The notes: generated by a model not told the origin, from the letters alone. A stretch of DNA of 64,000 nt from Minisyncoccota bacterium (GCA_023142995.1 JAGLIM010000006.1:32577-96576); one strand, 5' to 3'. Counted from the stretch's first letter, positions 27,717 through 38,366 are shown. Numbers and translations: made by a program.

Positions 27717-30548
27717 ATGTTTAAAAAAAAGAAAAAAGAAAAAAAAGTTTCAGTTGAATTAATAGAATGTCCAGATTGTGCGGGAAACAAGGTTACAGAA
27801 AATGGGGTTGAGTGTAAATCCTGTCAGGGAATGGGAATTTTTTTACGAGTTGGTAAAAATGGAATTTATTATTGGGAAGAAAAATTATCTGGTTTTTCTC
27901 CAGTTCTTCGTTTTATCACTGAATTGTTTCCTAAATTAATTCGTATATTCATATTCTTTTCCATTGTTTTTACACTTTTTTATGGTGTTTATTTTATAGT
28001 TATAAATAATCCTGATTTTACTAAATTAGTTCAAACTGAGCTAGAAAGTGTTAATAGCGATTGGATAATGACAAGTTTCTTTCTGGCAATGGTTGAATCT
28101 GTCAAACATTTTTTAAAAGTATTTTTGGTATTATTTACGATAAAAGGAACTGGTCCGTTAATGTTTTGGTTAGCGATATTTGGAATGATGTATTATTATT
28201 ACAATAGTAAGATCAAAAATCTGTCTAAAAGAGAAATTGATATTTTATCATCAAATTTTAAAATATTTTATGATAAAAAAGCGCAAGAGCCAGATAAGCC
28301 AGTTAATATTGCAAAATACACTTCGCCGTTTGCAAAAGAAATTGTAATTAAAACTCTTGATCTATCTCATCATTTGCACCAAGCACCTTCAGTATTTCAT
28401 TTGGCGAAAATAATTGCGCAAGATCGGCATACAGAAACTTTATTTAAAAGACTGGAAATTGATTCTAAAAAATTTATTGCAGACATGGATGGCTTTATTG
28501 ATAAATTACCAAAAAATACATATTATAATCAAGATGGAGTACTAGGAAACACAATAATTAGTCCTGAAATTGAAAGAATAATTATCACAGCTTTTTATGA
28601 AACAATGGTTGTTGGGTTGGAAGAAGTTGAAGCAGAAAGCTTATTTTTATCTCTTGTCACAAATGACTCTTTAAGTAAATATTTTAAGGATAAAAAGATT
28701 GAAATAGAAGATGCAAGAAATACAGTTTTATGGACTAGGAATTGGTCTCAAATAAGAATCAGGTCAAATAAACCGAGAAAAATAAAGCATTCTGTAATGA
28801 ATAAAGCCTGGACTGCAAGAACAACCCCTGAATTAGATAGATTCAGTTATGATCTAACAGATCATGCCAGAGCTGGACTTACTGGTCATATTGTTGATAG
28901 GAAAGATGAACTTGATAATTTAATGAGAATTCTTGAAAGGTCTAGTAAGAATAATGCTCTTTTAATTGGAGAAGAGGGAAGCGGAAGAAAATCTATTGTT
29001 AAAGAGCTGGCAAATAGAATGATAAAAGATAGAGTTTTGCCAACATTGCAAGATAAACGTTTGGTTGTTCTTGATATTGGATCTCTTGTCGCAGGAGCAA
29101 GAGCGGGAGGTGATTTGGAATTAAGAATTAAGCAGATGCTAACAGATATGGGAAAGAGCGGAAATATAATTTTATTTATTCCTAATATTCATAATATGGC
29201 AGCTGCGGGAAGCGGAGAAGGATTTGATGCCTCAAAAGTGCTTTCCCCGATTCTTTCACAGGGAATGTTTCAAATAATTGGAACAACAGATTACAGAAGT
29301 TATCATAGATATATTGAACCTAGGTCTGATTTTGCAAATAGCTTTGATATGATAAAAGTAGATGAATTGAATGAAGAAAGAACAATGGAAATTTTGGCAA
29401 TTCAGGCAAAAGTAATTGAAGCAAGAGAAGGAATAATAATGACATATGGAGCTATAAAGAAAACTGTTGAGCTTTCGAAAAAATATATAACCAACAGAAT
29501 ATTGCCAGGAAAAGCAATTGACCTATTGTCTGAAACAGCAGTAGAAGTTAGAAGAAGAGGAAGCGGTTCAGTTCTAAGAGATCATGATGTTATGGAAGTG
29601 ATAACTGAAAAAACTGGAATTCCTCTTTCAGATGTTAACGCGATTGAAGCTGATAAACTTTTGAATTTAGAAGATAGTTTACATAAAAGAGTTATTGGTC
29701 AGCATGAGGCTGTTAGAGCGATTTCATCTGCGATAAGAAGAGTGAGAGTTGGAATGAAACATGAAAATAGACCTATTGGAACATTTTTATTTTTAGGTCC
29801 TACTGGAGTTGGAAAAACTGAACTTGCAAAAGCATTGGCGCAAGCATATTATGGGGATGAAACTGCTATGATAAGGATCGATATGAGTGAATATCAAACG
29901 ACAGACAGTGTTGAAAAATTAATAGGATCTTCCTCGGATCTAGATGAGGCAAGTTCTGGTGGTATTCTCACCGAAGCTGTTAAAAGAAAACCATTTTCTT
30001 TGATACTACTTGATGAACTTGAAAAAGCACATAAAAATGTTTTTAATTTATTCTTGCAAGTTTTTGATGATGGTAGACTAACAGATAATCTTGGAAGGAC
30101 TGTAGATTTTACAAATACAATCATAATTGCAACTTCAAACGCAGGTTCTAAGGTTATAAGTAAAATTGTAATTGACGAAGATGATAGTAATGAGAGAATA
30201 TTGCAATTGTTAGAACCATATCTTCTTCAGAGTTTTGCTCCAGAATTTCTTAATCGTTTTACAGCTAGAATTGTATTTAGGTCACTCTCTGAAAAAGATA
30301 TAGTAGCTATAGCTAAACTTCAAATTAAAGGTTTGGCAAAAAGAATGGACGATGCGCAGGGTATTAAGATTGAAATATCAGATGAAGCATTGAAATTAAT
30401 TGCAAAAATGGGTTTCAGTCCTGAATATGGTGCAAGATATCTTCAAAGAACGATTCAGGAAAAAGCAGAAAATTTAATTGCTACGAAATTCTTGAAAGGA
30501 GAGATTAAAAGAGGAGATGTGTTTAAGATAACTGAAAAAGATATATAA
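27717..30548 (+). CDS. Membrane-anchored ClpA/B/C-family AAA+ ATPase with N-terminal Zn finger
   Basis: CPDC..CKSC, TM helices, FSYDLT, KNNALLIGE, R.LPGKAIDL, RVIGQ, GPTGVGKT, RIDMSEY, LLDELEK, PEFLNRF, GAR. Confidence 0.9.
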   Translation: MFKKKKKEKKVSVELIECPDCAGNKVTENGVECKSCQGMGIFLRVGKNGIYYWEEKLSGFSPVLRFITELFPKLIRIFIFFSIVFTLFYGVYFIVINNPDFTKLVQTELESVNSDWIMTSFFLAMVESVKHFLKVFLVLFTIKGTGPLMFWLAIFGMMYYYYNSKIKNLSKREIDILSSNFKIFYDKKAQEPDKPVNIAKYTSPFAKEIVIKTLDLSHHLHQAPSVFHLAKIIAQDRHTETLFKRLEIDSKKFIADMDGFIDKLPKNTYYNQDGVLGNTIISPEIERIIITAFYETMVVGLEEVEAESLFLSLVTNDSLSKYFKDKKIEIEDARNTVLWTRNWSQIRIRSNKPRKIKHSVMNKAWTARTTPELDRFSYDLTDHARAGLTGHIVDRKDELDNLMRILERSSKNNALLIGEEGSGRKSIVKELANRMIKDRVLPTLQDKRLVVLDIGSLVAGARAGGDLELRIKQMLTDMGKSGNIILFIPNIHNMAAAGSGEGFDASKVLSPILSQGMFQIIGTTDYRSYHRYIEPRSDFANSFDMIKVDELNEERTMEILAIQAKVIEAREGIIMTYGAIKKTVELSKKYITNRILPGKAIDLLSETAVEVRRRGSGSVLRDHDVMEVITEKTGIPLSDVNAIEADKLLNLEDSLHKRVIGQHEAVRAISSAIRRVRVGMKHENRPIGTFLFLGPTGVGKTELAKALAQAYYGDETAMIRIDMSEYQTTDSVEKLIGSSSDLDEASSGGILTEAVKRKPFSLILLDELEKAHKNVFNLFLQVFDDGRLTDNLGRTVDFTNTIIIATSNAGSKVISKIVIDEDDSNERILQLLEPYLLQSFAPEFLNRFTARIVFRSLSEKDIVAIAKLQIKGLAKRMDDAQGIKIEISDEALKLIAKMGFSPEYGARYLQRTIQEKAENLIATKFLKGEIKRGDVFKITEKDI

Positions 30549-30582
30549 TCACAGTATTTAGGGATCATACGCAATTTAGTTG

Positions 30583-30686
30583 TTTTGAATAAATTGGGTC
30601 ATACAAGTTACTGCCCCGTCAGAGTCTCCCGTTAGGGGACTCTGGCGAGAAGACACATTAAGATGATACTTCAAATTTATTCAAAA
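30583..30686 (+). other. Structured intergenic element upstream of the pilin-fusion gene
   Basis: Outer TTTTGAATAAATT/AATTTATTCAAAA stem; inner GTCAGAGTCTCCC-GTTA-GGGGACTCTGGC hairpin. Confidence 0.5.
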
Positions 30687-30740
30687 GTTTTATGATTTAT
30701 AAATTTGATTAGATATATAAAAAAACTAATCTTAACTAAT

Positions 30741-33700
30741 ATGAAAAACACAAAAACAAAACTATTCCTCCATCTTTTTATCTCAAGTTTCTTTTTGTTT
30801 GGGCTGGTGGGGGTTAGTGAAGCAGCCGATCACAACTGGTATTTCTCAATGTCAGGCGGTGGAAATGTTTGTTCTCAAGTCTCTCCATGCAAGTGGCTTT
30901 CATCAAACCAAGTCGGATATGTAGCAGGGCAAACAACAGCTCAAAACAAAATTGACAGCGTTGGTTCGGACAAGACTGTTAATTTGTATTTTAAGAGGGG
31001 GGATGTTTGGAGTTTTAATACGGATATGGTATCAACAAAAGTTTATTATGGATTACTTGTTAATAGTGATGATCCGACAGTTAATATAGATACTTATGGA
31101 TTAGGTGCAAAGCCGATATTTGACGGAACTGTAACAGATTTTAGTAGTGTACCAAATCACGATCATACCATTACCACAGGTCCGTATAAATGGAACAATA
31201 TTTTTCAATTTAATAGAAATGATTGTTCGGTTAAAAACATACATATAAATGGGATTTACGGGCAGGGTATAGTTCTTGGAGATGCGAGTAATGCTACGGA
31301 TAATTTTACTCTTGAAAGTTCTGATATAACTAATTTCGGTAATTGTGCTATTAGGTCAAGCTCAAAGTATGCAACACGAAACACTACTGTTACTAAAAAT
31401 TTGATACACACAGGACAACAGTTACAACTTTATGGTAAATGGCCCATCATGAATTGGGGTGCAGGGATTATGATAACTCCGCTAAACCATTTTCGTACCC
31501 CTTATGGGAATGTTATTAATTATAATGTCGTATATGACATAGCAGGCGAAGGGATTCATGCTTTTGGTACTACTATTGAGCATAACATTGTTGGTGATAC
31601 GGGTTCAGTTGGTATATTTGTTGCGCCTGATGCTGGGGACGCAACAGATACCATTGTTAGATATAACTTGGTTATAATGAGTGACCTTTTATCGTCTGAC
31701 TATGATAATGATGGTGCTATTGCACACGAAGGAATTGGAATCGCAGATGAAGGTTTTGGTGGGAGTAATGTAAATGCAATAGTAAAAGTTTATGGAAATA
31801 TAGTTATAAACCGGCTTAAAGGTATATTCTTTGCCGCTTATAATGGGAGCGTGGCACCTTGGAAAGAGATACATATTTATAATAATACCATTATTGATTC
31901 TTCGGGGGCTAATATGGTGATTTCAGAACCAGCCCACGACATGGTTGCTGTTGGAAAAGGGTTTATCTATAACAATACTTCCATTTTATACGATATAACG
32001 GGTAGTATTCATGTGGCAGATTGGAGCGATCCGCCAGCTTTAAGTACATATTGGACAATAGAAAACAATCACTTCTGGACAACAGGAGGATCTCCGACAG
32101 TAGATACAGATTGGCAAACCAACATGATCACCACCGACCCCCAACTTACAGGCGAACCTCTCATAGACTGGGACGGTCAATCAGGACCAACCTATTACAA
32201 AGACATTAAATTCAGCGATGTTATTCCCTTGGCAGGATCATCTCTAATCGGTTCAGGTAAAACGCTTGATGCTAGTTATAATAAAACATTTCTAACTCAA
32301 GGAACTGATTTTAGTGCATTACCTAATTTAACTAATTTCACGCTTTCATCCCAGACAGATGGTTCTTGGGATATAGGAGCGGTGGAGATGGCAGTTCCCG
32401 CCGACCACAACTGGTATTTCTCAATGTCAGGCGGTGGAAATGTTTGTTCCCAAGCGGCTCCCTGCAAATGGCTTTCATCAAACCAAGTCGGATATGTAGC
32501 AGGACAAACAACTGCTCAAGACAAAATTGACAGTATTGCTTCGGATAAGATAGTTAATTTGTATTTTAAGAGAGGGGATGTTTGGACGGCAGATACATCA
32601 GCGGTAAATAAAATAAATTGTCACGGACTTCTTGTTTCTGCGACTAACCCAATTATAAATATCAACGCATACGGTTCTGGCAATAAACCTGCTTTTGATG
32701 GTTTGGTTTCAGATTTTTCTACTGCTCCTGCTCATAACAGCACGACTGGGCCGTTGTTTTATAACAGATTTTTTGAGTTCAAGCGCAATAGTTGCAGTAT
32801 ATCAAATATAGAAATTAAAAGAGTTTATGGTAATGCTGTATTTTTAAACCCATCTAATTATTTTACGCTTGATTCTTGCAACATACATAACTTTGGCGCT
32901 GGCGGTATTTCAATATCGTCTGCAGTAGGTGGAAATAATATCACAGTTATAAACAACATTTTTCATACTGGACAAGAGCTATATAGATATGGTTTGCGAT
33001 CTGGATGGGAAGCCGCAATTCAATTAACAACAAAAGGTCATTTATGTGAAGATAATGTTATTAGATATAATGTTGTTTATGATATTTATGGAGAAGGAAT
33101 ACAGTGTGTTAATAGTTTATGCGAATATAATATTGTCGGAGATACAGGATCAATTGCTCTTAATACTTCTAATCATGGATGGGATGCTAAAAAAACTACA
33201 GTTAGATATAATATTGTAACGATGTCTGATTGGGGTTCAAGTATTTATGATACATTAAGTGGATCAAGTCCCGTAGGAGTAAGAGTTTATGACGAACATC
33301 CTGGTGGTAACAATTCAGGAGCAGATATACAAATCTATGGTAATATCATAATAAATACAAGGAACGGGATACAGCTTGGTTCACCAGAAGATCCGGGAAA
33401 TCCTTATGGTTCTGTAAAAATATATAATAATACTTTAGTGGACTGCATATCAAATTGGACTTTTTCACAACCGGAGGAATTTAGCAATGTGCATATTTAC
33501 AACAATTCATCTATTCATTATGACAGGACAGGCGCTCATTCTGTAAATTGGGATATAGCTGCCGGATATAGTGGCTGGGTATTTGACTATAACCATTTTT
33601 ATCCTGTCGATGGAAGTAATACAGTACTTCCCATTTTTGCTTCAAATCAAATCACCACCGACCCCAAACTCATTGGCGAACCAACAATAGACTGGGACGG

Positions 33701-34448
33701 TCAATCAGGAGCAACCTACTACAAAGATATTAAATTCAGCGATGTTATTCCATTAGCAACTTCATCTCTGATCGGTTCAGGTAAAACGCTTGACGCTAGT
33801 TATAATAAAACATTTCTAACTCAAGGAACTAACTTTGATACTCTACCAAACACTCCTAACTTTATGCTTTCATCTCAAACAGATGGTTCTTGGGATATAG
33901 GAGCGGTAGAAGTTGGAGGAGCTATTATTACCTGCGCTTCCCTCGGAGGCACCTGTTGCGCGCCATTTCAAATCTGCCAAGGAGGATCCGCAGCAACTTC
34001 ATCATGTAGTAATGTCTGTTGTGTTGGAGGAACTTGTCAAAATGTAGCTCCACCTCCACCTCCACCACCTCCAACTTGTCAAAGCCAAGGACATAAATGT
34101 TGTTTCTCTTGCCACACAGGACCTCATCCAATATATGATGGTGATTGTGTTGGTGAACGAATATGTTGTGATACTTGTCCTCCTCCTCCAAAAGCTAGTA
34201 TGAAAAACTTTATCTCAGTATTAAATTTCTCTAATCTCGTTGAAAACTTCTTAGTTTGGACACTATCTATTATCGGCTCTTTATCTCTTTTGATAATTGT
34301 TGTCGGAGGAGTGATGTATATTGGTTCTACTGGAGATGAACAAAGAATTGTCACAGCTAAAAGAGCTGTTACTTATGCTATAATAGGATTAGGATTAATT
34401 CTTAGCGCTTATGCTGTGATTATGGTGTTGGGAAAAGTGTTAAATTAA
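30741..34448 (+). CDS. Tandem beta-helix adhesin/lyase-like protein with Cys/Pro-rich linker and C-terminal TrbC/VirB2-type pilin domain
   Basis: Signal peptide from MKNTK; two FKRGDVW..IYNNT..WDIGAVE modules; ends IIVVGGVMYIGSTGDEQRIVTAKRAVTYAIIGL. Confidence 0.8.
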   Translation: MKNTKTKLFLHLFISSFFLFGLVGVSEAADHNWYFSMSGGGNVCSQVSPCKWLSSNQVGYVAGQTTAQNKIDSVGSDKTVNLYFKRGDVWSFNTDMVSTKVYYGLLVNSDDPTVNIDTYGLGAKPIFDGTVTDFSSVPNHDHTITTGPYKWNNIFQFNRNDCSVKNIHINGIYGQGIVLGDASNATDNFTLESSDITNFGNCAIRSSSKYATRNTTVTKNLIHTGQQLQLYGKWPIMNWGAGIMITPLNHFRTPYGNVINYNVVYDIAGEGIHAFGTTIEHNIVGDTGSVGIFVAPDAGDATDTIVRYNLVIMSDLLSSDYDNDGAIAHEGIGIADEGFGGSNVNAIVKVYGNIVINRLKGIFFAAYNGSVAPWKEIHIYNNTIIDSSGANMVISEPAHDMVAVGKGFIYNNTSILYDITGSIHVADWSDPPALSTYWTIENNHFWTTGGSPTVDTDWQTNMITTDPQLTGEPLIDWDGQSGPTYYKDIKFSDVIPLAGSSLIGSGKTLDASYNKTFLTQGTDFSALPNLTNFTLSSQTDGSWDIGAVEMAVPADHNWYFSMSGGGNVCSQAAPCKWLSSNQVGYVAGQTTAQDKIDSIASDKIVNLYFKRGDVWTADTSAVNKINCHGLLVSATNPIININAYGSGNKPAFDGLVSDFSTAPAHNSTTGPLFYNRFFEFKRNSCSISNIEIKRVYGNAVFLNPSNYFTLDSCNIHNFGAGGISISSAVGGNNITVINNIFHTGQELYRYGLRSGWEAAIQLTTKGHLCEDNVIRYNVVYDIYGEGIQCVNSLCEYNIVGDTGSIALNTSNHGWDAKKTTVRYNIVTMSDWGSSIYDTLSGSSPVGVRVYDEHPGGNNSGADIQIYGNIIINTRNGIQLGSPEDPGNPYGSVKIYNNTLVDCISNWTFSQPEEFSNVHIYNNSSIHYDRTGAHSVNWDIAAGYSGWVFDYNHFYPVDGSNTVLPIFASNQITTDPKLIGEPTIDWDGQSGATYYKDIKFSDVIPLATSSLIGSGKTLDASYNKTFLTQGTNFDTLPNTPNFMLSSQTDGSWDIGAVEVGGAIITCASLGGTCCAPFQICQGGSAATSSCSNVCCVGGTCQNVAPPPPPPPPTCQSQGHKCCFSCHTGPHPIYDGDCVGERICCDTCPPPPKASMKNFISVLNFSNLVENFLVWTLSIIGSLSLLIIVVGGVMYIGSTGDEQRIVTAKRAVTYAIIGLGLILSAYAVIMVLGKVLN

Positions 34449-34543
34449 TTAGATAAATAACATTTCTGATGTTGTTCGAAACTGGAATTCTGGTAGAATT
34501 CTGGTAGTCTATTGCTTAATACTAAATACTTAATACTAAAAAA

Positions 34544-34693
34544 ATGCTTAAATTAAGGAAAGAGGGAGAGGGAATGTTTGAATATGTATTGAATATATTC
34601 TTGCCTTTATGGCTTCCAATTAAAGCTATGCAGATTATGATGAAAGAAATGAAGGAAGAAAAAGAGAAAAGGAAAGAAAATGAAGAGAAATAA
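34544..34693 (+). CDS. 49-aa hypothetical protein (absent from ORF track)
   Basis: MLKLRKEGEGMFEYVLNIFLPLWLPIKAMQIMMKEMKEEKEKRKENEEK; purine-rich coding-like strand, co-oriented with neighbours. Confidence 0.5.
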   Translation: MLKLRKEGEGMFEYVLNIFLPLWLPIKAMQIMMKEMKEEKEKRKENEEK

Positions 34694-34762
34694 ATTATTT
34701 TGTTAATCATATATTGAGAAAGCGCAGAAGAAACTTTAATTTTAATTAAACTTTAGCAAAAA

Positions 34763-35797
34763 ATGAAAAATAAATATGATGTGGTGATTGTTGGTGCTGG
34801 ACCTGCTGGGTTAAGCTGTGCAGAAACTTTAGCTAACAATGGTAAATCAATTTTAGTTTTAGAAAAAAATAATAAGATTGGTCATAAAATTTGTGCTGGA
34901 GGGTTAACGGTAAAGATAGAAGAGGAAAGTATTGTGTTTTTAAAAAATGCTGACAATGTTTTTTATTCAATGAAACTTCATTTTTCTAAAGCTTGTAGAA
35001 AATTAGATAGAAATAATCTTGTTACAGCGACTATTGATCGTGAAGAATTAGGAAAGATAATGCTGAAAAAAGTGCTTAAAGGCGGAGTGGAAGTGAAGAC
35101 AGAAACAGAAGTAAAAGAAATAAATGAAAATTCAATAATTGTTAATGGACAAGAAATAAAGTTTGATTATTTGGTCGGAGCTGACGGGAGTAATTCAACA
35201 GTAAGAAGATATTTGGGAGTCAAAACCAAAAAGATGCTTGTTACATTACAATACGTTATTCCTCAAAAAATTCAGAATTTTAAAGAAATGGAATATTTCT
35301 TTAACTCAAAAATATTAAATGGCTATTTTTGGATTTTTCCTCATAAAAATTTTACAGCAGTTGGTGTTGCTTATTATCCAAAAAATGTTCAACAAAATAC
35401 ATGCGTTAAAAAATGTTTTGAAAAATGGTTAGAGAAATATAAAATTAAAATAGGAGGATTAAAATTAAAAAGTTTTCCAATAAGTTTTGATTATCGGGAT
35501 TACCAGTTTGGCAATAAGTTTTTAATTGGTGATGCGGGAGGATTTGCTTCTGGAGCAACTGGAGAAGGAATTTATTTTGCGATGGTTTCCGGAAAAGAAG
35601 TGGCTAAAAAAATTATTGATCCTCAATACGATTGTTCTGAAATTTTAAAAATTTTAAAAATCAAAAGAAAACAAGAATATTTCTTTGAAAAAATTGGTTT
35701 TTTGAATAATATTATTCCAAATCTTGGTTTTAATATATTATCTTTTTTTCTAAATTATAAATGGTTTAAAAAAATATTTATTAAGATTTTTATTTAG
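34763..35797 (+). CDS. Geranylgeranyl reductase family FAD-dependent oxidoreductase
   Basis: VGAGPAG, KICAGG, VGADG.NS, GYFWIFP, IGDAGG, GEGIYFAMVSG. Confidence 0.85.
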   Translation: MKNKYDVVIVGAGPAGLSCAETLANNGKSILVLEKNNKIGHKICAGGLTVKIEEESIVFLKNADNVFYSMKLHFSKACRKLDRNNLVTATIDREELGKIMLKKVLKGGVEVKTETEVKEINENSIIVNGQEIKFDYLVGADGSNSTVRRYLGVKTKKMLVTLQYVIPQKIQNFKEMEYFFNSKILNGYFWIFPHKNFTAVGVAYYPKNVQQNTCVKKCFEKWLEKYKIKIGGLKLKSFPISFDYRDYQFGNKFLIGDAGGFASGATGEGIYFAMVSGKEVAKKIIDPQYDCSEILKILKIKRKQEYFFEKIGFLNNIIPNLGFNILSFFLNYKWFKKIFIKIFI

Positions 35798-35829
35798 TTT
35801 CAATTAATTTAATAATTAATTTAAAAACA

Positions 35830-36579
35830 ATGGGTAGAAAAAAAATGTTGAAATTACAGAGAAAATCAGAAAAAGAACAAAAAACAGTTACTACAAAAAT
35901 TAAGAAGAAAAAAATGCTAATTGGAATTATCTTCTTAGCGGCGTTATTATTTGCTGGGTATCAAATTAGTATTGCTTTAAAAAATAGTAACAACAAACAA
36001 GAGAATCCTATAGTTTCGAATACAGAAGTAAGTAAAGGCGATATAAAATTGGAACTATATACGAATGATGCGCCGAAAACAGTAGAAAACTTTGTAAAGT
36101 TAGCAAATGATAATTTCTACGACGGAACAAAGTTTCATCGGGTAATTTCAGACTTTATGATACAGGGTGGTGATCCGTTAAGTAAAGACGATGATCCTTC
36201 TAATGATGGTACAGGTGGACCTGGATATAAATTTGAAGATGAAATGAATCCAGTAAGTTTGGGATTAAATGAAAAGACAATTAAGGAATATGAAGAACAA
36301 GGGTATAAATATGATTATAATTTAAATTCCTATAAAGTTAATGTTGGTTCTTTGGCAATGGCAAATTCTGGACCAAATACAAATGGTAGTCAGTTTTTTA
36401 TAGTTACAAATAAAGATCAGCATCATCTTAATGGCAAGCATACTGTTTTTGGAATGGTTACTAAAGGAATGGATGTTGTAAGAAGTGTAGAGCAGGGTGA
36501 TGTGATAGAAAAAATTTCCTGTGAGAAAGAGAGTTCAGATAGAATGAATTGCTATATTACTGTATTATTAGATCATTAG
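35830..36579 (+). CDS. Membrane-anchored cyclophilin-type peptidyl-prolyl isomerase
   Basis: APKTVENF, FHRVI..FMIQGGDP, LAMANSGPNTNGSQFFI, HTVFG. Confidence 0.93.
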   Translation: MGRKKMLKLQRKSEKEQKTVTTKIKKKKMLIGIIFLAALLFAGYQISIALKNSNNKQENPIVSNTEVSKGDIKLELYTNDAPKTVENFVKLANDNFYDGTKFHRVISDFMIQGGDPLSKDDDPSNDGTGGPGYKFEDEMNPVSLGLNEKTIKEYEEQGYKYDYNLNSYKVNVGSLAMANSGPNTNGSQFFIVTNKDQHHLNGKHTVFGMVTKGMDVVRSVEQGDVIEKISCEKESSDRMNCYITVLLDH

Positions 36580-36682
36580 ATTGTTGTTTGAATTGTTTTT
36601 TAAAAGAAATCAGAATGTCTATTTACACAAGTTATGTCAGATAAAAGTTAGAAAGTTCTAAAATTATTAAATTATTAAAGGT

Positions 36683-37219
36683 ATGCTGGATATTTTTGTG
36701 ATAATTTGGGTTGTTTTATTTTTATCTATTTTAGCTATAGCTGTTTATGCTTTTCCTGCTATAGCTGTTGTTGGACCAATACCAACGCCAAAAAAAGGGA
36801 TAGATAATGCTGTGGTTCTTGCCAAGATCAAGCCTGGTGAGAAGTTCTATGAACTTGGTTGCAGTGATGGTCGGGTTTTGGTTAGAACTGTGGAAAAATA
36901 TGATTGTTTTGGAGTTGGGTATGAGCTTGTTTTTCCACTTTGTTTATTGGCAAAATTAAGGGCCAAGTTATCTAAAAAATCTAAAAAAATAGATATTAGA
37001 TGCCAGAACTTTTTTAAAGCAGATTTGCGTGACGCAGATGTTATTTTTTGTTTTTTAACTTTTGGATTAATGCAAAAACTGGAAAAACATTTTCGAAAAC
37101 AAGGATTAAAAGAAAATGTTAGAATTATTTCTTATGGATTCAGGATAAAAAATTTAGAACCTGAAAAATTTATTAAGCGAAATAAGGAAAATTGGAATAT
37201 CTATTTATACAAGTTATAA
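36683..37219 (+). CDS. Membrane-anchored class I SAM methyltransferase
   Basis: N-terminal TM; YELGCSDGR; GYE; ADVIFCFL. Confidence 0.8.
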   Translation: MLDIFVIIWVVLFLSILAIAVYAFPAIAVVGPIPTPKKGIDNAVVLAKIKPGEKFYELGCSDGRVLVRTVEKYDCFGVGYELVFPLCLLAKLRAKLSKKSKKIDIRCQNFFKADLRDADVIFCFLTFGLMQKLEKHFRKQGLKENVRIISYGFRIKNLEPEKFIKRNKENWNIYLYKL

Positions 37220-37235
37220 ATTAAAGTAATAAGTT

Positions 37236-38366
37236 ATGCCAGATAAAAGTTATATTTATGCAGTTTCTACTATTATTGGTACTTCGGTAGGAGCTGGGAT
37301 TTTTAGTTTGCCATTTGTAGCGTCTAAATCGGGTTTTTTTCTTTTTGTTGTTCTTATTTTAGTTTTGGGATCTATTATGCTTCTTCTTAGTTTAATGTAC
37401 GCGGAAATTACTTTGAGGACCAAAAACAAAGGAAGACTAGTCGGTTATTGCGAGAAATACCTTGGAAAGGGAGGAAAAGAAATAGCAACGATTGTAACAC
37501 TGGTTGCTTTATACACTAGTATGCTGGCATTTATGATAATTGGAGGGAAGTTTTTAAATGCCATATTTTCTAATTATATCGGAGGAAATGAATTTATATA
37601 TAGCATTATAATGGCGTTGTTTATTTCAGTATGTATATATATAAATCTAAAAATTGTAAGTATCATAGAATTATCAATGGTCGCTTTTTTGTTCATTACT
37701 ATCTTTGTGATTATTTTCAAAGGAGCGTTCTTTGTTAATGTTGAAAATTTGTTAACTTTTAATATTACACAATCATTTTTTCCATTCGGTGCGATTCTCT
37801 TTTCTATAGGAGCTCTTTCTGCAATTCCGATGCTTGAGCATATAATGAAAAAGAATCAAAAGAAAATTAAAAGCGCGATAATTACAGGAAATGTAATTAC
37901 AATATTTATTTATATATTATTTGTGGCAGTTATTTTGGGTATTACTGGAGATGGAACTTCGCAAGAAGCACTTTATGGACTTGGTTTGATCATGAAAAAT
38001 GGCATAGTTCAAGTCGGTTTGATTTTTGGAGTTTTTGCTATTGCAACTTCTTTTCTTATAGTAGGTATAAATATAAAAGAAATATTTTGGTATGATTATC
38101 ACTTAAGCAAGAAAAAATCTTGGGCACTTGCCTGTTTTGTGCCATTTGCAGTTTTTATTTTAGGTTTTCGCGATTTTATAACTGTGGTTAGTGTGGCAGG
38201 AAGTATTACAGGTGGTTTTGCAGGAATTCTTATTATAATATCATTTTATAGAGCAAAAAAAATGGGAGATTTAAAACCAGCTTTTGAAATAAAAGTACCA
38301 AAGATATTATCAGTTTTTATGATTTCTATTTTGCTTTTAGGAATTGTTTGTCAATTTATCTATTAA
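37236..38366 (+). CDS. Aromatic amino acid permease (TyrP/Mtr-like)
   Basis: IGTSVGAGIFSLP, FAIATSF; about 11 TM helices. Confidence 0.85.
   Translation: MPDKSYIYAVSTIIGTSVGAGIFSLPFVASKSGFFLFVVLILVLGSIMLLLSLMYAEITLRTKNKGRLVGYCEKYLGKGGKEIATIVTLVALYTSMLAFMIIGGKFLNAIFSNYIGGNEFIYSIIMALFISVCIYINLKIVSIIELSMVAFLFITIFVIIFKGAFFVNVENLLTFNITQSFFPFGAILFSIGALSAIPMLEHIMKKNQKKIKSAIITGNVITIFIYILFVAVILGITGDGTSQEALYGLGLIMKNGIVQVGLIFGVFAIATSFLIVGINIKEIFWYDYHLSKKKSWALACFVPFAVFILGFRDFITVVSVAGSITGGFAGILIIISFYRAKKMGDLKPAFEIKVPKILSVFMISILLLGIVCQFIY

Noticed and set aside
30825-33915. Diversity-generating retroelement TR/VR pair
   Set aside because: Differences between boxes are not adenine-specific and no reverse transcriptase is present
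34522-34710. Minus-strand 62-aa ORF
   Set aside because: F/S-rich shadow of the plus-strand 49-aa ORF
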